The translations under genes and the position numbers were made by a program. From NCBI GenBank assembly GCA_020137815.1, contig CM035358.1:186001-250000 (forward strand): a stretch of DNA of 64,000 nucleotides. The letters run 5' to 3'. This document shows, piece by piece, positions 23,801 through 36,400 of this stretch (position 1 is the first letter of the stretch; every line of letters starts with the position of its first letter). The notes beneath the pieces were generated by a model, which saw only the letters and a list, made by a program, of their open reading frames with translations, was not told the origin of the DNA and made no database searches. This DNA is from Hormiphora californensis. Its lineage: Eukaryota; Animalia; Ctenophora.

Positions 23801-26800
23801 TGCGGTGACATAAACACAGGCCTGATTGCGTGCTGGAACTCCATTAGAGTTTTTGGTGATAATGTAATGGACCACCAGCTAGAGTTGCCCCTAACAGCAG
23901 TACAGGGATCTTCTGTAAAATAAATGTGTACATTGCATTCTACACAGCCCTAAAACTTAATTTAAAGGTTGACAAGATACCTAAAACTATCGTATTTTTT
24001 CGATTTATCATTAATTTTAAGCATTTTTTCAGAATTTTTTATCTTCTAGAATTTAGAGCAAAAACTAATTGAAATTATTTCGCCAGAAAGGTGGCTCATT
24101 TTGAACTTACTCCTTCATTTCCGTCACCATTGAGTTGAGGCTTCAAAGACATTGAGGTATCCGTAAACTTTTCCGCCTTCAACTCAAAGGTGACGGAAAT
24201 GAAGGAGAAAGTTCAAAATGGGCCACCTTTCTGGCGAACTAATTTCAATTAGTTTTTGCTCTAAATTTGTATTCTTTTTTCAACTAAGCTAATTGTCAAC
24301 TAAAGTGTTCAAATGTAATTCAAATGTACCTGGGTTGTAAGAAAAGACATTGAGGTATCCGTAAACTTTTCCGCCTTCAGCTCAAAGGTGACGGAAATGA
24401 AGGAGTAAGTTCAAAATGGGCCACCTTTCTGGCGAACTAATTTCAATTAGTTTTTGCTCTAAATTTGTATTCTTTTTTCAACTAAGCTAATTGTCAACTA
24501 AAGTGTTCAAATGTAATTCAAATGTACCTGGGTTGTAAGAAAAGACATTGAGGTATCCGTAAACTTTTCCGCCTTCAGCTCAAAGGTGACGGAAATGAAG
24601 GAGTAAGTTCAAAATGGGCCACCTTTCTGGCGAACTAATTTCAATTAGTTTTTGCTCTAAATTTGTATTCTTTTTTCAACTAAGCTAATTATCAACTAAA
24701 GTGTTCAAATGTAATTCAAATGTACCTGGGTTTTAGGAAACTGATTTAACGGAATTTTCAAAATTCGACGTCGTTTTGACGTCGTGACGTCATACATGAC
24801 GTCACGACGACGTAAAAAAATTATGACAGAATATTCGGCCAATGAATAGTCAGGGCATATATGATGTTAGATTTTCGGCATAATTGTTATAAAGCTAATT
24901 CCACTTCTAGGAGGTCCTATTGGGTCCCTAGAACCACCAAAAAAATGTTTGCGATTTGGTGGATGAAGAAGTTGGGTTTACGGGCCACGCCCTTCTACTA
25001 ACTTTTTAGCCTAAGGCAAAAAACGCCAAAACTGCGCTTAGGGGAAGAGCAGGGACAAAATCAAGGGCACCAGAGTGTTCAGCGTCCTCGAGCTAATTAT
25101 CCAATTATCCAATTAACCAGATGAGATAGAGACTTAATTCCAGCACCTACCCCCACTAATGCGAGGACGCTGAACACTCTAAACTCCCCGTTCTTATGTA
25201 CTGGCGGTTCGGGTGATCGCGAGTAGCAATGGGACCATTGAACGGCGCCTTACATAAAGTGTCTCTTACTTACATCCCCAGTCTTACTCTCCGTAAAGAA
25301 GCCGGACTCTATGCAACAAGGGGAGGTGTGAAACTGATAACAATAAAACATGGGGCATTCAAGGGAGGATCAGTTGGTTTCTCTCTCTAGTTTCTCTCTC
25401 ATAAAATGGGCACTCTATCTCCATGCATGTAGGGGAGGTTTTGAAGTTGTGGGGGCCATTTTTTTGGCCAAAATTTTTTAGTCACGTGACTGCACTGACC
25501 AGTCACGTGATATGACATACCCCGAGTTTTTTATTGGAAACTCTTATAGATTGGGCGAAGCGACAGCTGAGCCCGGGAAAAAAATTTTGATTTTTATACC
25601 AAAAAGTCGCCATTTTCGTCAAGAACGAGTCGTTATTGACGAAAGTCGAAGACGGCGACTTTTTGGTTTACTTACTAACGTTCCACAGACCCAATCTTCC
25701 AGTAAGGCCTGTCAGAGCATTGGCCTGACCCTACTCTCATTTCTTCAAGAGCGTGCGAGAACTGTGGTCAGAGCATTGGCCTGACAGAGTAAGGCCGGAG
25801 TGGGAGAGAAAGGGTGGGAGAGAGACATTTATCGGTGAGATAAGAGGGTCATCAGTGAGACGAGAGTGGTAGAAATCAAGAATAGTTTGGGTGTTAGCAA
25901 AGATTGCCAGGAAGAGAGAGCAAGATATACGATATTAGGGAGGATAGAAAAGGTCTACCCCGATAACCGAAGCCGTTCCCATGCTCGCAAGATAGGCGAG
26001 AAGCCTAGCGAAAACCAGTGTAAGGTAGTGAAATTCAATGATTGGGGATCCAAACATCCAATTTTGTATGGGCAACCGAAAAAGTTGCGGGGGCCATAGC
26101 CGCGTCCCCTACATGCGTGTCTATCTCTTCTTTCTGTCACAACCAATTATCCAATAAACGCTCTCAATGGAGGAGAAGATGGACCTAGAGAGGGAGAGAG
26201 CCGTGCTATTTTGTTCTAAAGGAGGGGGAGTATTATAGTGCCCTTGATTTTGTCCCTGCTTCTCCCCTAAGCGCAGTTTTGGCGTTTTTGTGCCTTATGC
26301 TAAAAAGTTAGTGTAGAAGGGCGTGGCCCGGAAACCCAACTTCTTCATCCACCAAATCGCGAACATTTTTTCTGGTGGTTCTAGGGACCCAATAGGACCT
26401 CCTAGAAGTGGAATTAGCTTTATAACAATTATGCCGAAAATCACCATGAAATTTACATCATATGACCTGACTAGAAGCACTAAACGTGTGAAAAGTTTTA
26501 AAGGCCATGGTAGTCAAGAACTGAAGTTATTGCACGAAATGTGAGTTTTTATGTGGATTTTCACAGTAAGCCCAGTGCTGACATTATCGGTAGACCCCCA
26601 TTTCGAATTTTTTCTAGACGACAAAAAATCTGAAAAAATGATAAATCGAAAAAATACGATAGACGAAAAGTTTTAGGTATCTTGTCAACTAAAACCTTTG
26701 AAACGAGAAATGTTTATCTTCGGTTTGAAAATATTTTTAATAAAGAAAGAATATTTACAATGAAATAGTGTTTATTTAGGACTGTAGGCGACTCGGAGAT

Positions 26801-27364
26801 TTATTTCAGGAAAGATAATACGGGACGGTTTCGACGTTTAACGTCATCATCAGCTCAAATTAATTTGTTTAAAGTAGTGTTGAAAAAATTGAAAGTTTCA
26901 AACTTTTTAACACTACTTTAAACAAATTAATTTGAGCTGATGATGACGTTAAACGTCGAAACCGTCCCGTATTATCTTTCCTGAAATAAATCTCCGAGTC
27001 GTCTACAGTCCTAGATAAACACTATTTCAATGTACCAGAACTATGCGACTCAAAAACAGCCGATTGGTCAATTTATTGATTCAGTTAAAGAATATTTAGT
27101 AATTTATCTCTTCTTCCAGTTTGTAAGGTAAATGATGACTGCACAGAAGGGACGTGTGATAAAGGCAATGTATGTGTATGTAATGAAGGTTATTATCTAA
27201 ACAATGACAATGCAACATTATGTGAAACGGTGTCGTGCAAGCTAAAAGTTGACCACGCTGTCTTGGATCCTGATAAAACCAGCTACACTGGCAACGAAAC
27301 GGTTACCGTGACGTGTGCTGATAACTATCTTCTGAAAGATAGAAATTCGGGTATATAAACACAC

Positions 27365-27449
<85 letters not shown>

Positions 27450-30400
27450 TACACTTACATAATTGTTCTGATGATTGTGAAAGCATGAAACTTGAGTAAA
27501 CGATTATTAAATCTGGTATTACTTTGTAATCAGCTCCATAATCTTGATCCTGTCGAGCGCTTTTCCAGAAATCCCTTTACAAGCAAACATACACATACGC
27601 CCTGGTTTTGGCCGATGAGATTTTTGAGATTTTTGGGAAAATTTGCTCAATTAGGTACGTTTGAGATTTTTGTTGTAAATTGTTGCCTTGTTCGGCCCTC
27701 CCTAAAAAAATAATAATAATAATAATAATAAATTATGACATCAATGTCATCTCATATATTTTCTCAAACTTTCTTTACCCTATTCAACTTCATAACCTTC
27801 AAAGAGTTAAAATAAATATATTAATCTCTTACATAACATCTTATTTAAATCACTTCTGAATTTCAATATACGTTGATTCCTTTGCATTTGGCAAATTTAG
27901 GATTAGAAATCATATAATTCACGTAGGCATCACGCCCGTCAGCACGTAGTTTATCATAAATCAATGAGCTAAGCTCCCAGAATTGGCCATTGGAAGGTAA
28001 ACCAGCTGATGTAATCCCCACCTTGTACTTCTCCAAACGGGCTTTGAAAGCATTTACTGATGGGGCTTCTTTCACTGTCGCAGGTAGCTTGTTCCAGTAA
28101 TTGGCACATCTGTTAAAAAGCACAGAGTCACCCTTGGAGTCTTTCAAGATGTTTGCACCACTCCTCGACAAACGAAACAAGTCCTGCCCGTATCGAACCT
28201 TTCCAGTGATGATCTTGTATGCCTCGATCAGGTCACCCCGCATTCGTCTCTCTAGGAGAGTTGTAAGTTCAAGTTCCTTCAGTCGCTCTTCATAAGTGAG
28301 AAGCCCGATTCCATCAATCAGTCTGGTGAACGATCTCTGAACATCCTCCAATTCCATGATCAGCTTCCAGTAACCATGAGATGCTGGAGGATTCCAAATC
28401 TGAACTGCATATTCAATGTGCGGTCGAATAATTGTTCTGAATATGTTCAGCATGACTTCCTTGCTTCGGCTGATGACATTCCTGGTGACCCATGCTGTGA
28501 CAGATTTGGCCTTCTTGATGGCAGCCCTGGCGTTTTGATCCCAGTGAAGGTCACCAGAGGTTCCAACACCAAGGTCCTTCTCATAAGAAACTTCAAGCAG
28601 AAGATCCCCGTGCAGATAATACGGAAGATGAGGATTCTTCGCACCAACATGGAGAACCTTACACTTCCTGTCTTGCACGTTGAACTTCAGGAGCCACTTC
28701 CTTTCCCATTCCTGTAGAGCCACGAGATCTTCTTGCGCCACCTGATGATTCTCCGTACTTGTCACCAGCTTTAGATCGTCTGCAAAGAGAGAGACAAAAC
28801 TCGATATTCCACCGGGAAGGTCGTTGATGTACAAGAGAAACAAAATTGGACCCAGGACTGTGCCCTGGGGCACACCTGACATCACCTCAAAAAGCTCAGA
28901 GAAAGTGCTCCCAACTCTGACTGAGAACCGCCGACCCGAGAGAAAACTTCTTATGATGTTGCATGTTTTTGCAAATGGCAGATTTGCCTAAAAAACTCAC
29001 GTTTTTTGGCCAAAAATCGAAATTCTCAAAAATCTCAGCTACCATCACCATTCACCAATGAGGCATGCGATACTTGCGGCAGCCCCCCTCCCCATGTATA
29101 GGAAGTTGGGTTTGGACTCTGGAAATTTAAATTTGATTTGCTGATATGCTTAGGTACTCTATAACATATACATTATACATGTACATATATCATGTATATA
29201 TAAAGTCCAAAGGCACCATCCCACAGGTCTCTATCACCCCCGGATCACTAATTATTCCTAATTTCAAAGTGATTTATCACGTTATCGCCAATTAGCACTA
29301 ATAATATCAGTTGCTGGTATCTAAGAGCTCATACATTCTGATACCAGATGATAGAGGATCACTAGATTAGTGGGCATACAAAATTTCAGTTTGATCTGAG
29401 TTATTGTCGAGGAGTTATAGCCGTTTTTACGTTCAGCTGGCAGATGGCTGGCACCACGTAGGATTACGGGTCAAAGTCGTCGTAGGAGGTCGTCGTTGGT
29501 CGTATTCGATGAGGTAATCCTGACTTTGCCCCACCCCGTTCTAGCGTTTTTAGGCTTTTTCGGTTATCATGATCTTCGGATCCCTGCACGATACCAGTGA
29601 TGGCTCTCTCGTACCGTTACACGGTCGGTGATCAATAACCTGTCGTATAGGCTTGATCATTTGTGTGGGTGATGTGTGTGTGTATGAAGTGAGTGGGTGA
29701 TGTCTACACCAGTTAGTACATTTTAATACAATATCCATGAGCCTAATATTGTATAGTGCTTAATGACAATAACGTCATTAATCACACATATCAGTAAGTC
29801 AAACTTTAAGTTTCAGACCCAACTTCCTATAGCCCACCCTACTAACACAGTAGACACAGTCACACATATACAGGGTGTTCATTTTGGATCTTTGCAAGCG
29901 TTGGGCTTCACCCAGAAAAAAGTTTAGCTTATAATGCAACTTTATACTTGGAGTTTGGACTATTCTATACCCTCATTCAAGGTTCCTGGTGCTTCCAGAG
30001 CTCTAATACCCTTAGAAGTGTGTTTTTGGCATCTAAAGTACCTGAAGGAATCCCAAAGTTTCATGGTGATTGGATGTTTTTCTCGGTCTCAAAGTTATGA
30101 AAAAAGTGGCTGGAAAGACTCAAAAACGGCTCAAATTGACATTTTAGAGTACAGTCGGACCCCGATTTAGGGGCCCCCGATTTAGTGGCACCCCGATTTA
30201 GGGACAGGATTTTTTTCCCCCGATATAGGAAATTAACCTTATTTGACCCCGATTTAGTGGACACCCCGATTTAGTGGACAAGAGCCTTTCCCCCGAGGGT
30301 GTCCCTAAATCGGGGTCCGACTGTATTTCCATCCACTTTTTTCGAAATTCTGAGACCGAAAACATCCAATCACCATGGTCTATGAAATTTTGGGATTGAT

Positions 30401-33400
30401 TTAGGCAAAGTCTCAGCACCAGCAAAAAATCCTTCTGGTAGTTTTGTTGCCAAAAGGTGTGCTATAGCTCCGGAATCACCAGGATTCAGGAACCTTGAAT
30501 GAGGGTAAAGAATAGTCCAACCCATGATTTTTCATGAGCTAATCTTCCAAACTTATTTCTGAGTAAAGCCCAACGCTTGTAAAGATCCAAAATGAACACC
30601 CTGTATAACCAAAATGAACAATACCATGTTGTGTTATAACTATGAACATGTGTTTAGACGAAACCAGCTTTACTGTGACATGTCAAGGAGATACTGGAGT
30701 ATGGGACCCAACGGAATCGACTTGTGTCCGTAAGTTATAATAGCAAGTTTATAGGGATCCCTAAAAAAGTTCAGTATTTACACAGCGTTTACACCAGAGC
30801 GCTGTGATTGGCTGAAATTTCTGACGATGGAAAATTTAAGCCAATCACAGTGCAGATTTCAAAATTTTTCTTCCCACGCTACCGTGGGAAAAACTGAAAT
30901 GGCTTAACTGGTGTAAACGCTGTGTAAATACTGAACTTTTTTAGGGATCCCTATTGAAATGAACTTTTTTTGGTGGTACAGTTCCAATTTACGGGCTCCC
31001 GATTTACCGGAACCCCGATTTACTGTACACACTTATTCCCCCCACCCCCAGAAATGGCCGTGCAACCTTTACTATAGGGTATTTTGTCGGTCGATTAGAT
31101 ACCCTAGTAAAGGTTGCACGGCCATTTCTTGTGAAAATTGGCGCATTCTCAACAATATGGGCCCATTTTCACTGAAAAACAACTACTTAGTCAGGACCAC
31201 TATTGGTGTGCGGTCGTGCCCACGGAAGGAGTGCGTGAATCATCTTGAAACCGTTTTTAAGTTAACTAATGCATATCCAAAAGTGTCTGTAGCTACCGCG
31301 CGGCCCAAAAAAAACTAAGGGTACGTTGGCCTTCTTTTCTCCCAGAAGTTTAATTTCGATCACTCTGATATTTTGTCACAATATTTGTATGGTTACTCAT
31401 TCGAGGAATCCGGAGTTTCAAAACATAAAAGTGTGAAGTTCATGAATGAACCCATTTTCTCGTTTTTCGGGTTTTTCCAAGTTTTCTCATGGTTAAATTC
31501 GATTTTATTCTTAAAAATAGCAACCATGCATTAGAGTAAACAATAATAAATGGCAATCCGAGTTTTTATTAAAAATGAATCAAGTTTAGTTGGTGAAATA
31601 AATGATTAAAAAACGGTCATTTTTACCAAACATCGATTTTAACCCGTTTTGACAAGAAATTGGTAAATTCAGGCGCTAAAAATTCGTACGGCCATTAACA
31701 CTTGATCGATATTGATGTTAGCTAGAATTTCGGCTCTCTATCTAAAAATTCATTTTTACGACTGGAATGAATCATAAATGAACTTGAAAACAAAAAAGGT
31801 ATTCCAAACCGGAATTTCACAGTCGCCTTTGGGTAACGATTTCCTTTCAAACGCGACTAATTTTAGGTCAATTGGACCACCACAAGAGACACAGTGGCCA
31901 CTTTTCCGACACTAGGTCTGGCCAAGTGACCCCTATTGGACCGCTAGCGTCATTACTAAGTGCCAATAAGCAGTTGTAACGGTCGCGTATCACGTATCAC
32001 ATCTGCTAATTAGGACGGTATACCGATACAGCGTCCGTTAGAATGTAAGTTCTCTTGCTAACACGTCACAATTTGATGGGGATCACATGACCCAACCTAG
32101 GCTAGTAAACTGGTCACTGTGATTCTTGTGGTGATCCAATTAAGCTCAAACTGGTCGCGTTCGAAAGAAAATCGATAGCCAAACAAATTTGTAAAACTTT
32201 TGTACCAAAATATGGTCCCGTTTTGGCGTTCATTAAATGTTCATTCGGGCGAAAAAAATGAATTTTCATCCAGAGGGCTGAAACTCCGGATTCCTCGAAT
32301 GAGTAACCATACAAATATTGTGACAAAATATCAGAGTGATTGAAATTAAATTTCTAGTAGAAAAGAAGGCCAACGTACCCTTAGTTTTTTTGGGCCGCGC
32401 GGTATTTGGGTGATGTTGTGACAGGGTCGTGGACTCTAACGGACTCCAGGTCTAAAAATGACAGACTCTAAGTCTAACGGACTCGAGGTCTAAAAAAGGC
32501 GGACTCTAAAACATTTTTTAGACTTAGCAAAAATTTTTAGACATAGAGTGTGTTAGACTTGGTAGACTTAGAGTCCCCCAAGCTCAGACGTTAAACAAAG
32601 AGTCCCCAGACTCTAGGTCTAAAACCTAATCACCAGCTTATCCCAACCCTAAACCTGTTACTGTGAGAATGGGGAGAGAGAATTTTAACAGCGCTGGTGT
32701 GTCTGGCTACAAAATCAAAATTTTCATTTTGATTTTGGCGTAGGTGTGTGCTGACCCAAATCATATCATCACTAACAATATGATATCATCACTAAGAATA
32801 TTTGTTAGTAGATTCACTAGTATGTTATAATTGTAAGTGACGTCAATAACAACACTACAACGAGTACTATACATGGAGGTGTTGGAAGAGTTTGTAAGAA
32901 CACAAAATTCAGTCAAGCAACTTCTGTGAACATCCTACATACTACTTTCTCAAAAAATCAGACCTTTTGCCGAGTTTTTTATTGTGTGGATCCTAATAAC
33001 TCAAGGCGGAATTTTCGTACCTACCCGAATTAGCTCAATGATCTGACTAAACATTGTAGGAAGGAGCTGTTGAATCACCATGAAAAGCTCCATGAACTCT
33101 CTGAAGAAGGACGTGCTTTATCATTATATATTGAAAATGAACTGATAGTGTAACTTTGATTATTATTTGGTAACATGAAATTCCCCCTCTGCGCTAGCTC
33201 ACGGAGGGGTAATAATATCGCTCTTACATCCGGGAAAAAATTCCTGTGTCCAAACTACAAAACAGAAAGTTCTAATTTTTTGAACGTACCGATGAAATTG
33301 TCTGAGCTACCATTACATACCAGAATTTTTCGATATTTTGGCCATTAACACTGTTTTTGTTTTGCTGGAATTTGGCTACAAAAAGCTTCAGGAATGTGCA

Positions 33401-36400
33401 AAATGCCATTCCAAATGTATTAGAGGTGGATTCATTCATAACTAAGCTATAGTCTAGTCAGAATAAATTCCACAAGATTGGAATTTCATGACCATATATG
33501 GAGGTATCTTGTAATCTTGTAATCTTGTAATGTTCTTCGTACAGATGCTGTACCGGTGTCAGTTCCTCACAGAGCCTCCCCCTCCCTGGATACAAGAAGT
33601 ATCCAGTCCAGAATTGAATTGTTATTTTGTCTGGTATATCCAGGTACCGGGGGTCGGTCCGGCATCCTCCTGTCAGGCCAATGCTCTGACAGGCATCCTC
33701 TTCAACCATTCTCCAAGAAGTACTTTGAACACAGTGAGGCTTTTAGCTGTGTTCACTTCACTTGGAAGGGTGTTCCATAGTCGGGTCGCTCTAGAAGCGA
33801 AAGAGTTGTGGAATTTCGTGGCCACCGACGATTGTGTGGTAGTGGGGCATGTTGGCACCTCCGCTCGTAGTCCGAGACGATCATTTTGGTAAAAGCGGAT
33901 ACCGATGTTGTTTGGCGCTTCACCGTTGGCCATTTTCCAGACCATGATGATGGAGTAACGTTCTCGTCTTCGTTGAAGTGAAAGGATCCCAAGTTTCTTC
34001 AGGCGATCCCAATAGTTTAATTCGCACATGCCCTGGATTCTCTTTGTAAATTTTCTCTGGACTGTCTCAACTTGCTGGATATCAGAGATTTTGGGCGAGT
34101 CCCAAAGTGGGCAGCAGTATTCAAGCTTACTGCGTACAAGGCTCTTATAGAGGATTAGCATTGTTCTCCTCGCTCTGGTTTTAAAGGAGCGTAGAACCCA
34201 CGCACTTATGTATGTAAGTGATACACCTTTGTTGTTAAACATGTGGTGGAATCGCTACCGGTCGCTACTTTCTGTAGAATGCAGGTCCTAGTTACTATAC
34301 AAACTATGTAGTACCATACATTTTAGATAGGTTTTAGACAAGTTTTCATGAGAAGGTCCTGTAAATTTTCATTTTTAGGTAGGCGGTATTGTAACCCCTA
34401 TATGCAATAATAGGGGTGACAAACGTTCATAATATAATACATACATGTAACTTCTAGTGGAAGTTTGTTGATATTTTTGAATGAATTCAGTCCTCTTAGT
34501 TACCACTTCAGTTGCCATGGCAACCGTGTTATTGACGTTGAAAGTGGCTTCGCCCGTATGGGTTATAAAAAGTCAAGAGGTGACAGCTTTCACTTCGTTG
34601 CCTGCCGCGGAGTGATTATAAGCCATAAGGAGATCGGTTAGAGTCTCGCGGCATATTCCGAACCATGTAGTCAGACATTGAAAATAGGGTAAACCGGGGC
34701 AGAATGGTTAACTTTTTACTTAATCGGTTCTCACCCCCGTTTAAAAAAATATAAGATGAAAAAAATTATATAGGATTAAAGTTCATTATTTAATCGTTCA
34801 AATAAGATAAATTTCGACTCTCGGGACCATTATTTACTTAATTAAATACCTAGATTAAAAATTTTGGTAGCCAAAATTGGTACCGGGGCAAAATGGTTAA
34901 CTCGCCCGTAGCGCCAAAACTAAGCATTTTAGAGTATATGTTTGTTCATAAGTCATATATATAAACCTGGCCATTCCGGAGCGGATTCTATAAGGAAAAA
35001 TCAATTGGGTCACCAAATTAGCCACAATCAGCATACCCATCTTGGCACACACAAAATACGTCATATTTTACTAATTCGCCATGTATGAGTTATAACTCCA
35101 AAACTAAGCATTTTATACCATATGTTGCTTCATAAGGCCATGTTTATATATGACTTATGAAGCAAAATGTGGTCTCAAATGCTTAGTTTTGGAGTTATGG
35201 GCGAATTAGTGAAATATGACGTCTAGACGCGTCTTTTGTGTGTGCCAAGATGGGTATGCTGATTGTGGCTAATTTGTATATGACTTATGCTCTAAAATGC
35301 TTAGTTTTGGCGCTACGGGCGAGTTAACCATTTTGCTCCGGTACCAATTTTGCCTACCAAAATTTTTAAATTAGGAATTTAATTAAGTAAATAATGGTCC
35401 CGAGAGTTGAAATGTATCTTATTTGAACGATAAAATAATGAACTTTAATCCTATATAATCCTATATTTTTTAAACGGGGGTGAGAACCGATTAAGTAAAA
35501 AGTTAACCATTTTGCCCCGGTTTACCCTAAGTTTAAACTGGTTTTCAATCTCTGACTACATGGTTCGGAATATGTACAACAAAATTATAATATGTATTAA
35601 TGTGAGAAATATTGCCGAATTTAAGTTTTAATTTTTCCCAATGTTTCAGCGTGTAATATAAATGATGACTGTACAAACGGGACTTGTACCGGGAACATAT
35701 GTGATTGCGTTGAAGAAAACTATGTTTTGGTGAGTAGTTTAAGTTCATACAATTCAGTTCAAATAAATCAATGGAAACTTCCACATCAGTCAAAGTTGGG
35801 AACTTTATGTATTTCACTGCGTCGTGTGTCGTCACGGGTGGTTCAATTTTGATCCGCAGAAAGTGACTCTCTGTAGAAACAGCAGTTTGGGTACCTACTT
35901 TTAGTCTCTTTTATGTGCCAACCTGATGTTTATGGCGGTCAGATTCAGCATACAATCTCTGCCCCAACTCAGCCTGACTCAGCTCACCTTTTAGAATCAA
36001 TCTGAGTATTTTTTATCAGAATCCGGACAATCCACAATTGTGTGAAAAGGTTACATGTACCGGCTTTGAATGTAACAATGGGAAGTGTTTTGTTCGAGGA
36101 GGAAAACAGGAGTGTGAATGTACAGACGGGTTCACGGGGGACCGTTGTGACCAATATGCAAAGTAAGTATCTTTGTTTACAGTTTTGTAAGACGGAGGAT
36201 TGTCCTGAATAGTACCACAACTATATTCAGTCTATCTATATTCACAACTATATTCAGTCTACCACTTTATCCAACAGTGATATAATCTTCCAGGAATTTG
36301 TGTGCCACCAACAATGATCAGTGCTTGTACGGATCTATATGCAATCAGATATCTGCTACTGATTATTCTTGTGACTGTTCATCTGTTCAACAGTACAACG

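Larger units (their letters stand above)
20944..23891. mobile_element. Harbinger-like MITE (TAA TSD), outer shell of a nested cluster
   Basis: TAA-ggggaaactcta...tagagttgcccc-TAA; contains a cagtcggacccc MITE at 21105-23771. Confidence 0.7.
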
